NCBI RefSeq assembly: GCF_009914755.1
Contig: NC_060933.1
DNA length: 64,000 nt
Source of the DNA: the human T2T-CHM13v2.0 reference genome, Homo sapiens
Reading direction: 5' to 3' (one strand)
Shown: positions 45,113 to 61,309 of the stretch, piece after piece
How positions within the stretch are numbered: the stretch's first letter is position 1
How the letters are laid out: every line of letters starts with the position of its first letter
Notes under the pieces: model-generated
The model's database searches: none
Seen by the model: only the letters and a program-made list of their open reading frames with translations
Told to the model about the DNA's origin: nothing
Made by a program: the position numbers and the translations under genes

Positions 45113-45600
45113 GAGATGTAGTCTTCCTCTGTCATCCAGGCTGGAGTACAGTGGTGCAATCTCGGCTCACTGCAACCTCCACCTCCTGGATTCAAGCAAT
45201 TCTCCTGCTTCAGCCCCCCGAGTAGCTAGGACTAAAGGCATGCACCACCACGCTCGGCTAATTTTTGTATTTTTAATAGAGATGGGGTTTCGCCATGTTG
45301 GCCAGGCTAGTCTCAAACTCCTGGCTTCAGGTGATCTGCCTGCCTCAGCCTCCCAAAGCGCTGGGATTACAGGCAGGAGCCACTGCACGCAGCCTGATTT
45401 TGCCAAGAATTAACGACAAACTAATCAATATGTGTTTTCCTAAATCCTCCATGTTCATTTTCCGGAAAACTTGATATTTGACCATCTTTAGTCTCCTAAC
45501 ATTTCTTCCATTCTCTGTTCCGTGGATGATACCAACTGTTACATATTATAGGTCCACAAGCCCCCTAGATTCAAGAGGTATGGGAGTCTTCAGCTCATTC
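44580..45600 (-). mobile_element. L3/CR1 LINE reverse-transcriptase remnant (interrupted by an Alu)
   Basis: The minus strand translates SQYGVTKNK (44912-44938) and CKAFDKVS (44797-44820), matching CR1 RT motifs SQHGF(T)KxKS and DFSKAFDKV. Confidence 0.75.
45096..45394 (-). mobile_element. Alu whose tail holds a compound (TA)/(TG) microsatellite (44996-45112)
   Basis: TSD gattttgccgagaa (44984-44997) / gattttgccaagaa (45396-45409). Confidence 0.93.
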
Positions 45601-46783
45601 GAAGCAATCTGATAGTCTTATCACTAATTTTGGGTTGGAACTTTTTCTTTCTCTTATTCCTCCTATCCCTTCTGTAATTTCTACAGGTGTACTTCTTCTC
45701 TGCAAACATTATTATTTCCCTGCTTTTCTACTAATTTTTTTTGTTTTAAAGCAAATTATATATTTGAGATGTTGAGTCATAGTCATGAATCCTGTCATGC
45801 CAAGGTTCTAGTTACCCATGAGAATCACATTTATCTTTTTGCATTAAAATTTCAGGGCAACTTGTTCACTTCATGTACTTCATGGCTTCGGTCTGTTGGT
45901 GTTTGAGTCTATGAACACTGTTTCCAACAGTTTCCCTGATTGTTGTTATGTATCTCTTCTCCCATCTTCACAGAACGTGGCCCAGAGTTTCATCTTGGTA
46001 CTTTTACACATGGAAACATTCTAGAGGCTGGTCTAAAGGACTGTCCACACCAAGGGAACATAGGCTGTTAGGCTGGAAAATAGTGTATCAGGATTTCATC
46101 CAGGAAGGTCACAGCCTGTTGGTCTAGAAGATCATGTAAGATGCTATTCAGCAAGTGTCACAAGTTGGCCTGATACAATCTAGTCCAAAGTCTTCACCAT
46201 ATACTCATACCAACCTGTGATGACTCTCTTTACTTCTTTGGGAAAAGAAGGTACCTTCCAAAAGATAAGAGCGAAGTGGAGCCAAGGGTAAGTCATAAGG
46301 GTCAGAGTTTCAGGGAACCCCGTCTAACTCCTATATTGTGTAGATGGGAAGACTCTGAAGGCCAGAGAGCGGCAAGGACTGGACCAAAGTCACACAGTTA
46401 TTTTGTTGTGCTTTACACACGTACCTGGTTTTCTTTCATAAGAATTTGAGTTTGAGATAGTTCTCACAACTATTGAGCAGTAAAACATGAGTTGGAATTC
46501 AGATAGTCCCATTCACAGGCCAGAACTCTTTGTCTTCATCGTATCACAGCTATTTTGCTACCATGTTGAATGTCCAACTATTCTCAGGTACACGAGAACA
46601 TTATCTGGCTTGGGATCCCTAGATTTTATGAAAATACCTATAATGGGATATCATCCTTTCCTGTGGGTTTAAATTGAATCTGCAACAGCTATCAAAGTTT
46701 CTGTTTTTAAGAAATGAGAAGATAGATATACCTGGCTTTTATGAAAGCACTGTTCCAAAATGCATCATGTTACTGTTTTTCAG

Positions 46784-46891
46784 GGAGTCCCTAAATCGTC
46801 CTTCCTGACCGAGGAGAAGAGAGCCAGACTGAAGACCAACCCCGTGAAGGTGCACTTTGCTGAAGAAGTGCTCATCAGTGGACACAGCCAG
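46784..46891 (+). CDS. FRMPD1: FRMPD1 exon 6: GVPKSSFLTEEKRARLKTNPVKVHFAEEVLISGHSQ (PDZ-FERM linker)
   Basis: tttttcag| ... CAG|gtgtgt. 108 nt, phase 0-0. Confidence 0.96.
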
Positions 46892-48013
46892 GTGTGTCAC
46901 TAGTCAAGGGATTGAAATTATGAAGCTGGCGAGCTGCCTTCTGGCACATAACTCCCTGAACCTCTGGAATTCCACAGCACAGAGGGTGCAGAGGAAGTGC
47001 AGTGTGTTTGCAAGAGGCTTTGTGCGCCCTCCCAGTCAGATGCCTGCAGACCCTGGACTGGGATTGCTGGTGGGAGCTCTGGGCCATGGGTGGGGACTGG
47101 GAAGAAGAGCACTGGGTTTGGCCCTCTATTGTTCTGTGACTCCATTCTTCTGCCCATGAAATTTCGACAAATTCCAATAGTTAATTTCTCATTATGCATC
47201 TTCAAATTTATTATCCTCTCTGAGGGTGATCTATTGATAATGGTGCCGGTGGTGATGGGATTGCTTTTTAGTTTTAAGAGTCCATCATCTATTGAACCTC
47301 TATTATGTGACCTAAACTTTGTGTGTACAGTCCTTAGACATCACAATACCCTGCAAGGGAGGTGTTTTAACAAAAGAGGAAGCAGAGGCCTAGAGAGATT
47401 AAGAGACTTAACCTCTAAGATCACATGGTGAGAAAATGCAGGAGCCCAGGTCCATGTGACTTTGGTTCTTTGGTTTTTCACTATGACGTGCTGTCTAGTC
47501 CTTTTTGATATGGAGGGACCCAGGGTTGGGGGTTCAGAAGACAAATTTGTAAAGGGAAAATGTTGGCTAGAGTTTGATTTTAATGTGGAGTGTTGGATAA
47601 AAGGCTCATTTATTCATAATTTATACATTTTCCCCCAGTAGTCTATAACTATTGCCATTCTGAATTTCTTAATATTAGACTTTGAAACTTCAAAGTTGAA
47701 ACTTGTCCTTTTCTGGTCTTCTCACCATAGAGACCAGCAAAGGCCGGGGGAGTCACAGGGGGTGGGGGCTAAGGCCATTTTAACAAAGGATCCAGGTGAC
47801 ATGGTCCACATCTACAGAGCCCTTATTTTCTACCTGCCCTGCTACTTAATAGAGCACACCTTTAGATAGACTTGAGTGAGAAAGGTGGACTTGTTCAGGA
47901 AGGGGCCAGTGGGAGGCCTAATGCATGACTTAGAAAACACCTGTCAGTTGGCAATATTTGAGTCATGTTTGTGAAATTGGATTGAGTCTCTTTAGAAAAT
48001 TAAGTTTAGATTC

Positions 48014-48609
<596 letters not shown>

Positions 48610-49944
48610 TTAAGTTTCGATTCAACACATGACTCTTCATTTCAAGAGTCATGCACAGTGATGAGTAGTGAGGGTGAGAACCAGCTAGCAGGACAGGGAC
48701 AGAATAAAGGCACGACAGGTGTGGACAGGGTCACCTGGTTGATTTGTAAAAATGGCCATGACCTCCCATTCACTGCTGTCTATGCTGAGGGGACCAGATA
48801 AGAACAACTTTCACCTGAACTGGCTACAGAACTGGCTCAGAGTTTTGGTTGGGGAGTTTAAAGGAACAGGGTTCTAAAAAGGTGTCTCCAGGAAGACTTG
48901 GAAGGTTGGGGCACCTCGGGGAATCTTTGGGAGTCTGCATCAGCCACATAAGGCAGAGATAGCAAAACAAGTAAGAGTTCATCCCTGTGACCTGTCTATT
49001 CATCCTTTCAAGTGTTTCAAAGATGATAAAATTGGCTGTTAAACTTTTCCCCTTGGAACATGATAAGACTGCCTTAGATACACAATCACTGTATTAAGAA
49101 GGATCTGAGATAGTAAACCAACATTTGAAATATGTTTGACTTTGCTCACAGTTAAACAAATACAAAGAAAAAATATTAAAAAGTAAAACTTTATACTTAG
49201 CAAATGAGCACAAATAGAGAAAAAATGTAAGCCCTGATGCTGAGAAAGTAATTATAGTCATGCACTACTGATGGCTTTATAAATTGGCTTAAACTTTTTT
49301 GAGTGGAAAAAAAACAAAATTTAATGACTGCTATAAAAAATGACCCAGAGATTGCATTCCTGTTAGTCTATACAATAATTTAAATGTGAAAATCCATATA
49401 TTTAAAGATATCTATAGTATCAACATTTTAAATAGCTCCCAAAATGGAAAAACATGCTCAATTGTCTAGGGCAGAGGAATTGTGAAATCAGTTCTGATAT
49501 TTCAACTCAATAGAATATTATAAATCCATTAAAATTATGAACATTAAGCCCACCTAAAAATTGTATATGAAATGCATATTGGGTAGAAAATAAACATAGA
49601 GTCATGCATATTAAATTATTGCAGCTCTCTAAAAACTATTTACAGATATAGATAAAAATTGGAAAAAGCCTTAGGGAAAAGTAAGTGGTGGTAGTTATGT
49701 AATGTTGCTATGAATATATTCTTTGTAAACCTTTTAAATCACAAAGAAAGTACTAAGGAAAAAATTTCCCACTGGGAAACCCCAAAATTAAGATTTGTAA
49801 ACACTCAGAGCCAGAGAAGTAAGATGGCAGCAGAGTAAGCGGTCTGAAATCCCTCATCCTGATGTAGTGTGAAATGGCACTGGAATATGAACATCTTCCT
49901 TTTTCCTCCATAAAAATACTGTGGTTTTTTAAAATAAGTTATAG

Positions 49945-50327
<383 letters not shown>

Positions 50328-50476
50328 TAGGCTTTATACCCAAACTCTTTATAGAGATGAGTGCAGGGGGGCAATTCTAGCTCAAATCTTGGGAACTCTA
50401 AAATTTCTCTGTGCTTCTGGAGGACACCAGCCCCACGGGCCCTTTGTATTTGCAACCAAACACTCAGAATCACTTC

Positions 50477-50620
50477 TTTTTTTTTTCTTTTTTTCTTTTA
50501 TTATTATTATACTTTAAGTTTTAGGGTACATGTGCACAATGTGCAGGTTAGTTACATATGTATACATGTGCCATGCTGGTGTGCTGCACCTATTAACTCG
50601 TCATTTAGCATTAGGTATAT
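50477..50620 (-). mobile_element. Very short, young L1 3' end (L1PA2-like)
   Basis: T-tail + ttattatactttaagttttagggtacatgtgcacaatgtgcaggttagttacatatg...tcatttagcattaggtatat. Confidence 0.9.
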
Positions 50621-51253
50621 TCTTACGAGAGCTGGGAGATTCTCCAAAACCCTCTCCTGCTCCATCCCAGGAGTTCTAGCTGGCATGGGGCCACCCAACA
50701 CAGACCAGTCCTGTGCCTTTTCCCCAAATAGCCCTACGAGAGTGGCAGAGTCCCTTAGGGGACCTCATGCATCTAGGGTGATAATTGGGGTGAATGTAGT
50801 GGAGAGCATCCCTCTGCCCTTTGGTGATATTTCATTACAGGGAATGCAGCAATAAAATGAGGGTAGGAGAGGCTTCCCTACCCTCTCCATCCCACCCCAA
50901 TCCTACAAGGTAGAGTCTAAGAATCTCTGAAAGGCCCATGTTGAACAGTGTGCATGCTGGTCATCTGGCTTGCCAAATTGCCTCCCATAAGGGTACAGCC
51001 AGCAGTAAAACGTGAGCTGATGGTCATGAGACATTGCACAGGCTCGCGCAGTGCTATCAGTACGCTCGTAGAAGGGCTCACTCTTCTCCACCGTTTGTCG
51101 TATCTAACAGTCCTCATGGGTATCCCTTGACAAAGCATGCCTGTGCATTGAAGAAATTCCCAAGTGCCAAGAAAGAACCCCTGACATGGTGAGGAGGTTA
51201 GGGAGGATCCTACTCTCCAAACCAGGCAGGTCCAGACAGCCAAGGATTTGTCA

Positions 51254-51905
<652 letters not shown>

Positions 51906-51939
51906 GACAGGGATACAACAATACTCTTGTGTTTTCCAG

Positions 51940-52035
51940 GGTAATTCTCTGCTGTGTATGCCCAACGTGCTCAAGCTATACTTGGAGAATGGACAGACCA
52001 AAGCTTTCAAGTTTGAGGCAAACACAACCGTGAAG
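51940..52035 (+). CDS. FRMPD1: FRMPD1 exon 7: [32 protein letters not shown] (start of FERM F1 lobe)
   Basis: gttttccag| ... AAG|gtatta. 96 nt, phase 0-0. Confidence 0.96.
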
Positions 52036-54130
52036 GTATTAAGAATAAACTTGAACTTCTTTTCCCAAGAAGAATGTTCTGGCTGCTAGGACCCCCCAGG
52101 CATCTTGCCCTGCATCTGCCTTGGTGGTCTCACAAACACCGTGGTCTGAGCCCCTGTAATAATAAGCCAGGTGCCATGTTATCTCATTTCGTTGCACGAC
52201 CACCCAGAAAGATGGTCTTTTTACCACCATCGTAACTGGGTGGGGGTTAAGGGGTGGGAATCGGGACTTAGAGAGATGAAGTGACTTGCCCAAAGGTCAG
52301 ATTAGAACTCCTAAGCCTTCACCCATAACCACCAGGCTTCCCTGCCATTTGTCTGTGACTCTACCTGCTACGCCAAACACTACGAAAACCCAGGTGAGAT
52401 GTCAGGAAAGGCCCAGGCGCTGCCTATTCTGTTCTTGGTTAAAGTCAATTGAACTTATACTTCACAAGTTTCCCCATATGAGATGATCTGAGAGGGGTTA
52501 CTGAGCTTAGTCAGGGGTGGTCTCGATCTTCAGGAGCTTGCAGTCTAGTTGAGGGAGGGTGGACGTTCAGGGAATGCTTGATTGTCCAAGGCAGGATGAA
52601 ATAAGGGCCAAGTGCAAGGGGAAGAGTACCATCTCTTCCAGCCTGTCCAGACTTCAGACAAGGCATGGGAAAGAAGCTGGACCTGCGCTGAGCTTTGGAG
52701 GATAACTAAGATTTCAACAAGGGCCAGTAGGGACAGGGCAGTTGAGGGTAGGGTACATATCAATCAGAGAGTCACGTGAACTAATGCAGAGAGCCAGAAA
52801 AATGGCAATTGCCCAGGAAATAGCAAACCATCCAGCAGGACTGGGGCACAGGCTGTTTTCTTGTGGAAGGAGTGGCTGTGGAGGGCCTCAAATGCCAGGC
52901 AACAATAGAGCTTGAGTTTTATCCATAGATAATATCCTATGGTGCTAGCAGTTCTTGAACAAGGGAGTAAATAGTGTTAGAGTGAGGCCGCAGTGAAGAA
53001 GCAAAGTTGTTCAAACAGTAAAAACCATGTAAGAGGAAACATTGAGCCCAGCTCTTCTGGTACAAGGGGAGAGCAGGTTCAGGAGGGCCAATGCAGCTAT
53101 AGGGGACAAACAGTAGCCAAGACACACATGCACACACACATCTGCACAGTACATTCACACACATGCATATGCATGCACACATATGTACAATGTACATACA
53201 CCTGTACGCACACATCCAGTGCTTCTCTCTGGCACCTTCATTTGGCAATTCCTACAGCTGCTCCAAATGCTCTATTCTATTTCTTCCTAAATGTGAGTTA
53301 GAAGAAGCTGGAGAAGGGCTTTCTGAACCTGGGGAACTCCAAGCCCAGAGGAGGAAGCAATGGAGGAATAGACTTTAAGTGTTTACTACATGCCAGGCAC
53401 GCTTCCTGGGCACTTTCTTGTATACGATCTCATTTAATGCCCTAGCAACCTTGTGAAGTAACTAGTGTTATCCCCACTTTGCAGAAGAGAAAACAGGCCC
53501 AAGAGGCCCAAAAGCTGTCAAGATCAGCTAGCTCATAACTGGCTTTGAACTTGGTCTGTTTTTGAATCCTGTGCTGGAATCTTGTCACTCTGCCATTCTG
53601 CAGAAAAGGGAAGCTTTGCAAATGGATTAGACAAGAGTTCTACTTTCATCATCTTTGCTCAAAGTGGATTGGAATAGAAGGGTTGATTTTTTTTAAAGCA
53701 AGTCCCCCTTTGGTGGCCAAAAGGACTTTGAGGTAGTTTACAATAAAGGCCCACATTACAGGGGAATTAAACTTAAGATGACAGAGAGAGTTGGGGAAAT
53801 GAACAAGGACTTAGCCAGTATAATACTGGTTAATCTTATTTATCTGTAATAGCCAAATTTTTTAAAGCAAAGTCTTTAGCTGTTTACGACACAGAGAAAG
53901 GTGGACATAAATAAATCTTATGAGTGAAAAAAGGAAAAATTACTGTCCACTCATCAGTGACTTCTCTTCCCCTTTCCCTCACTAAGGGAAGAAAAGTTCT
54001 TGTATTAGAAAACCCTCTTTCTCTAAACCAAGAAAAAGAATATGTCATTTGACCCAGTAAACATTTATTGACACTTTTTGTGTGCCAGGCATTTCTATAT
54101 CACCAACAACTTGGCAATAAATTACCCAGG

Positions 54131-54523
<393 letters not shown>

Positions 54524-54985
54524 TCACAATGAAACGAGGTACCGGTGTGCTTAAGACCATGAAAGCGGGACAGAAGCCGTGTGGTACAGGCTCAGGGGAG
54601 AGCAAGCTTCCAGCTGGGTGCCAAATAAAGGCCTCTGGGGGAGTGGAGTGGTAGCATGTATGGTGGACTTAGAAAGATAGATTGGCTTTTGACTGGAGTG
54701 GGCCAAGAGTGATGTGTGAAGGCAACATCCGGGCACGGCGAACAACACCAACAAAGATCCAGAAATGGGCAAGTTTGACAAGTGTGTGGGGCTTGTGGGC
54801 AGAGTGCATTGGGATAAGCAGCAGAAGATAAAGTGGGAGAAGTGGGTTGGCACCTGATACCTTGAGAGTCTTGAATATTAAGCTAAGGAGTTTGGATTTT
54901 GGCCAGTGAGCCATCAAGAGCCACTGAACGTTCTTGAGCAAGGGAGAGCATGCCCAGTACAAGGCTTAGACAAATTCCTCTAGAT

Positions 54986-55178
54986 CAAGAGTCAGCAAAC
55001 CTTCTGTAAAGGGCCACATAGTGAGTATTTTAGGTTTTGCAGGCCACAGGGTCTCTGTCATAGTTATTCAACTCTGCCATTGTAGCAAATGCGCATGGCT
55101 GTATTCCCATAAAACCTTAATTACAAAAACAGGCAGTGGGCTGGATTTGCTCCACAGGCTACAGTTTGCCAACCTTTG
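54986..55178. mobile_element. MER58A-like hAT DNA transposon
   Basis: TIR-like ends caagagtcagcaaac / gtttgccaacctttg. 8-bp near-TSD ctctagat / ctctatgt. Confidence 0.8.
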
Positions 55179-55386
55179 CTCTATGTGCAAGTTGGAGAAC
55201 AGATGGGTGGCAGGAGGGTTCACAGGACATCCCTCTACAAAGCCAAGAAATGCATGAGCCCAAGCTGAGGTAGACATGGGAGAATGGAGAAGAAGGGACA
55301 GAGTCAAGAGACAGGCTTTCCATTGGGGCCAGCACAATGCCAGGCACACAGGCAGCACTCAGTTAATGGTGTGGAGCTGCAGAAGC

Positions 55387-55569
55387 AAATGGACCCTTCA
55401 GGACTAGTCACTGGGTAGTTATGGGGGGTGATGAACAAGTGGAGAGAGGGCGAATCAGGAGTCATGAGGAGGGAGGAAATGGACCCTTCAGGACTAGTCA
55501 CTGGGTAGTTATGGGGGGTGATGAACAAGTGGAGAGAGGGCTCCGAATCAGGAGTCATGAGGAGGGAGG
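55387..55569. repeat. Tandem duplication, 90 bp + 93 bp
   Basis: aaatggacccttcaggactagtcactggg...gaggagggagg occurs at 55387 and 55477. The copies differ only by a 3-bp indel. Confidence 0.96.
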
Positions 55570-56331
55570 AGCACCTGATGGTGCGAGACTTACTGCGTTT
55601 GAGGTTCTGGCAGGACATTTATGATTTCTGTTTACTCACCAAGTGAAAGTTTGTGTGCATCTATTATGTGCCAAGCACTGGATATACTGCATAACAGAGC
55701 ACAGCACAGGCAAGGCCCGCATCCTCAGAGAGTTTAACATCTAGTGGGGTGAAAGACAATAAGCAAGAAAACAGAGATTAGCAGTTGGCATGCATTGAAT
55801 ACTTACCATCTGCCAGGTGCTGTTCTAAGTGCCTTCTATGGGGAAATCAATTCAATGTACACAACAACCCTATGAGATAGGTGTTAATATTATTCCCATT
55901 CTACAGATGAAAACACTGAGGCATAGAGAGAAGAAGCAATTACAGCTAGGAATTGGGAATGGAGGTCTAGAACCCATTCCCTTAACTTTACCATGGCTGT
56001 TAATTGAAGAAAATAATATTAAATAATGGTGAGGGAAATAAACAGGACACTGGGACAGAGAGTAACAGGGATGATTATGTATGCTGGCCAGAGAAAGCCT
56101 CTCTAAGAGGTGACATTTGGACTGAAACTCGAAGGAAGAGAAAGAAACAGACCTGGAAAGAGTAATGGGGAAAGTATACTGGGCAGAGGGAACAGCATGT
56201 GCGAATGCTTCGAGGCAGCAAAGACCTCACAGAGGGCTGCTCTAGTGAGCAAGAAGAGTGTGGCGTGGCAACCAGGATGCCTCAGCGCAGCATTCACAAC
56301 CATTCCGTCCTGTCAGCCACTCTCAGAATTA

Positions 56332-56698
<367 letters not shown>

Positions 56699-56762
56699 TC
56701 AGTTGCATAGTGAGTGGGTGGTGGGATTCTGTCTAGTAAGCAGTCAAAGATACAGACTGGGA

Positions 56763-57153
<391 letters not shown>

Positions 57154-57437
57154 CTAGGGACATAGGAGAGAGGCAGAAACCTCCACTGGATGGCTTCAGC
57201 CTTCCAAGTAAAGCAAGACAGGGTGGCTGTATGGATGGTGATGGAGCTTGAGGAGAGGGGAGCTGTGGCTGCAGGGCCGTAAGGGGCCTGATGAGTGGGA
57301 CCAGACTCTGGCGTAAGTCAGCAGTGGGCATGTCAGTGCAGGCTTTTCTCTCCCTAGCTGCACTGAGGAATGGCAGGAAGGCCAGGGAAGTCCTTCCTGT
57401 TTCTTGCGTAACTCCTGCACCTCTCTGTGCCTGCTAG

Positions 57438-57563
57438 GACATCATCCTCACCGTGAAGGAGAAGCTGTCCATCCGAAGTATCGAGTACTTTGCACTGGCC
57501 CTGGAAGAGCAGTACAGCATCTCCCGGCTGCACCTGCTGCACGAAGAGGAACTCATCCAGCAG
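57438..57563 (+). CDS. FRMPD1: FRMPD1 exon 8: DIILTVKEKLSIRSIEYFALALEEQYSISRLHLLHEEELIQQ (FERM)
   Basis: ctgctag| ... CAG|gtaggg. 126 nt, phase 0-0. Confidence 0.96.
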
Positions 57564-58693
57564 GTAGGGAGGACTGACCGCCTGTTCCTGGGAGGCATGG
57601 GCTGGGCTGGCTGCATACCTCAGCCAGAACCTCTGGGGACAGGGCTCAGCACATCTGCAGGTTTGATGCACTTTCTCTTGCCCCAGAAGGCACAGAGCTC
57701 ACTCAGCCTGGGGGTTATGGGACAAGAATCAGCCTGATTTTCATCTGCTAGTATGAGGTAGGCAGGACACAGATTTAAGGTCCCCATTTTGCAGATGTGG
57801 AGACAAAGGCTTAGAGAGGTAAGGTGACTTTCTCAAGGTAACACAGCTGATAGAACCCTGATCTTTTGCTTCTAGCTCTGATGATCTTCCCTTGCACCTG
57901 CTGCCTTTGAGCCATTAGGGAAGCATTTGTTGCTGTGTCTAAGCCCTTCTTGTGGGACTTACCCCCGATATGGTTCCTGATGGCAGAATAGGGTAAACAC
58001 AGCCAAACGGTCTATATCACTCAATCTCCCAACCATTCAATAATATGTTGTACCAACTTTTTAAAGCTAAACACAGGTTAGTTCAACAAATCTTTGTGAG
58101 TCTGTTACAAAGATGAGGAGGATTTTAACAGTTGGAAATGAGTAATACATAACCTCATAAAAGCCACCCTGAACATTCCTCTTTGCAGATGAATTCTTAC
58201 CCAATGCACTCACCGATTAGAAGGTTTACTGCTTGCAGACTTTTTAATTACTTCTATTCCATTTGCATTGGGAAAGAAAATCACATTAAATCCCTAAGAT
58301 AGTTTAAGTGAAATAAAGTAAGTTGTAGAATGGTATGTATACTATATTATTATTTGTGGAAGATAAAAGAATAGACTTATACTGAAGCATGAATATACAT
58401 AAACTGTCTCTGGAAGGGGCACACAAGAAACTGAAAACAGGAGTTTCCTCTGGAAAGGGAAACTGGAAGATAGGTGAGTGGGAAATGCTGCCCTTTTGAA
58501 CCTTTTACATTTTGTACCCAGGAAAAAGAAAGTCAAATTAGGAGTAAAGGTCTATGGCTGTCTTGGGAAGCACTAGAATTGAAATCTCTGGGAACTGTCT
58601 TTCACTGTCTGTGTTTTATAGAGTGGTTTTGTGGAATGACTGCAAGGACAAAGGCAGTTAGGAGATTAATAGTATCTCCCTTACCCATCGCAG

Positions 58694-58813
58694 GTGGTAG
58701 AAAGGGAGGAGTCACATGACTACCGCTGCCTCTTCAGGGTCTGTTTTGTTCCCAAGGACCCCCTGGACCTCCTGAAAGAAGACCCCGTGGCCTTTGAATA
58801 CCTCTATCTGCAG
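58694..58813 (+). CDS. FRMPD1: FRMPD1 exon 9: [40 protein letters not shown] (FERM)
   Basis: tcgcag| ... CAG|gtgact. 120 nt, phase 0-0. Confidence 0.96.
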
Positions 58814-59298
58814 GTGACTGGGTCTGTGCTTCCTAAAATAACAGTGGTTGTTCTCAAAGATGGTGCACTGGGTGATTTTGAACGTGAGCTCGAGGCCATT
58901 AAACAACTCCCTGGTAGGGATTCTCTTTATCTGAAGGAGAATGGGCCTGATCATCGCTCAGAATTCCCTTTTCCATCACTGAGTTGCTGTTTTAGCAGGT
59001 GTGCGATATCAGAATGAAATTCAGGCTCAGTCCTCAATGTAGATGATACATTTTCTAATACCATTTTAGGATCTTTAGAATTACAGTTTTTATTGCCAAA
59101 AGGGGCCTTAGTGCTTTAAAACCTCGTTTTAGAATGATGACACTGAGTCTTGGAAAGGTCGTGTGATTTGCCTGGGTCACTCACTTAGTGGCAGAGCCAA
59201 AACCTGGTTCTTGATCCGTGGCCTGGTGCTCCCCCTATTCTACCTCCTTAGATGAGAGTTATGATGCCATTTTTATTCTGATGAAAAATAATCATTTG

Positions 59299-59632
<334 letters not shown>

Positions 59633-60013
59633 TTACAGATGAGATAACTCAGACTAGGTGGATTGGACTGCCCCAAGTCTTACAGAAATGGTGGCAGAAA
59701 ATAATAATAATAGCAATAACAACGCCATCAATACTTTATATTTGTATAACACTGTGTGCCTTATACCTGCTTTCATATGCATTATCTAATTTAAGTCTCA
59801 CAGAAACCACATAAGGTAGATTTTACTATCCTCATTTACCAGACACCAAATGCTTGGAGAGTCTTGGTAACTTAACCAAGGTCACACAGCCAAGAACTGT
59901 CAGAGCCAGCTCTCAAAGCGGAGCTCCTGGTCCTGCTGCCTTTCACCCGAGAGAACGAGGGGACACAGTATGTCTGCTTTTGTTTCCCATCTGCTCTATT
60001 TAATCTCTTCTAG

Positions 60014-60150
60014 AGCTGCAGCGATGTGCTCCAGGAGCGCTTTGCTGTAGAAATGAAATGTAGCTCTGCACTCCGACTCGCGGCTCTGCACATCCAGGAA
60101 CGGATCTACGCCTGTGCCCAGCCACAGAAGATCTCTTTAAAGTATATAGA
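60014..60150 (+). CDS. FRMPD1: FRMPD1 exon 10: SCSDVLQERFAVEMKCSSALRLAALHIQERIYACAQPQKISLKYIE (FERM F2)
   Basis: ctcttctag| ... GA|gtgagt. 137 nt. Confidence 0.96.
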
Positions 60151-60629
60151 GTGAGTGGCAGGGGATGGCAGCTGCATTGCATTTATAACTTGCTGGCCCC
60201 TGGCCAGGAGGGCCAGATGCCACAGAAAGCTGATAGTCACCCACCTACCCATCTGTCTGTTGTCTTTCCATCCATTTCCCTCTGCACCCTCTCTAATCTG
60301 ACCTGGCTCCCCCAGATGTCTGAACCTGGCTGCTCTCTCTGGGACAGAAGCCAACTCCAGATGGAATGTCACAGGATTCCCTTGTAAATTGCCTGTTCCT
60401 GGGAAGATGTCTTGGGAAATCAGTTGCCAGCATCAGTGTTAAGCTTTTCTAGGGGTGGGAATGCCTTGGAAGTTAATTTTTCCCGTGGATATGAACCAGT
60501 TCCTATTGCATTATGTCTCCACTAGAGCAGTTTCAAGTCCTACGATTCCAGCACCTTCTGATTCTTAGCTTAGAATTGTTCTGGACAGCATCACTCAGGT
60601 TTGCTAAGCCCCTCCCCAGATCTCAGCTC

Positions 60630-60790
60630 TGTCCTGCCTGAGCATCAGAATCAGATGGGGAATCATATTTTTAAAAATACAGCATATCCTTGGCCCTACC
60701 CCTGATGTACTAAGTCCAATCTCTCGCAGCAGGGCCTGAGAATCTGTAGTTTTAGCAATTTTCTGGGGGATTTTGAAGCTGCTAGGCTGG
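60630..60790. mobile_element. MER5-like hAT remnant
   Basis: gcatcagaatca...ttaaaaatacag...ggccctacccc...agggcctgagaatctgtagtttt. Confidence 0.6.
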
Positions 60791-61182
60791 CACCATGCTG
60801 AAGCTTAGCCTAGGGGATTCACAGGAGCTCTGCGTTGCCCCATGAGAGTGTCTTGTACTCTCTTGTATGCTGTCATTATTTGCCATGTATTTTGTAGTGA
60901 AAAAGATTCAGAACTCCTGCTCTGACTGATAGATGGTCACACCACACCAAGAGTAATGAGCTCCCAGAATGATCAATGGGGTTTAGTTCCTGAATGCCTG
61001 TGGGGATTTTTGTGGAGAGTGTGTGTATGTGTGTGTGAGAAAGAAAAAGAGAGGAGGAGAAAGTGGCTCGTAATTGCTGTATTATGGGAACACTAAGTAC
61101 TGAATCAAATGTAATTATGCTCTTCATTAGAGCCAAGTACCCTGTAGAAATGGGCCTCCTTGTCTCCAATGTCTCATGGCAG

Positions 61183-61309
61183 GAAAGACTGGGGAATAGA
61201 GAACTTTATATCTCCAACTTTACTCCGAAACATGAAAGGCAAAGACATCAAGAAAGCCATTAGCTTCCACATGAAGAGGAACCAGAATTTGCTGGAACCC
61301 CGACAGAAG
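61183..61309 (+). CDS. FRMPD1: FRMPD1 exon 11: KDWGIENFISPTLLRNMKGKDIKKAISFHMKRNQNLLEPRQK
   Basis: tggcag| ... AAG|gtaatg. 127 nt, returns to phase 0. Confidence 0.95.

Noticed and set aside
50900-51250. Locally CpG-richer unique stretch suspected to be a processed pseudogene
   Set aside because: No recognisable protein in any frame, and no poly-A tail or TSD.
58694-59017. ORF-track extensions of real exons into introns (also 35999-36214, 57453-57737, 63346-63531)
   Set aside because: Protein-like sequence stops at consensus donors. The extensions are intron read-through.
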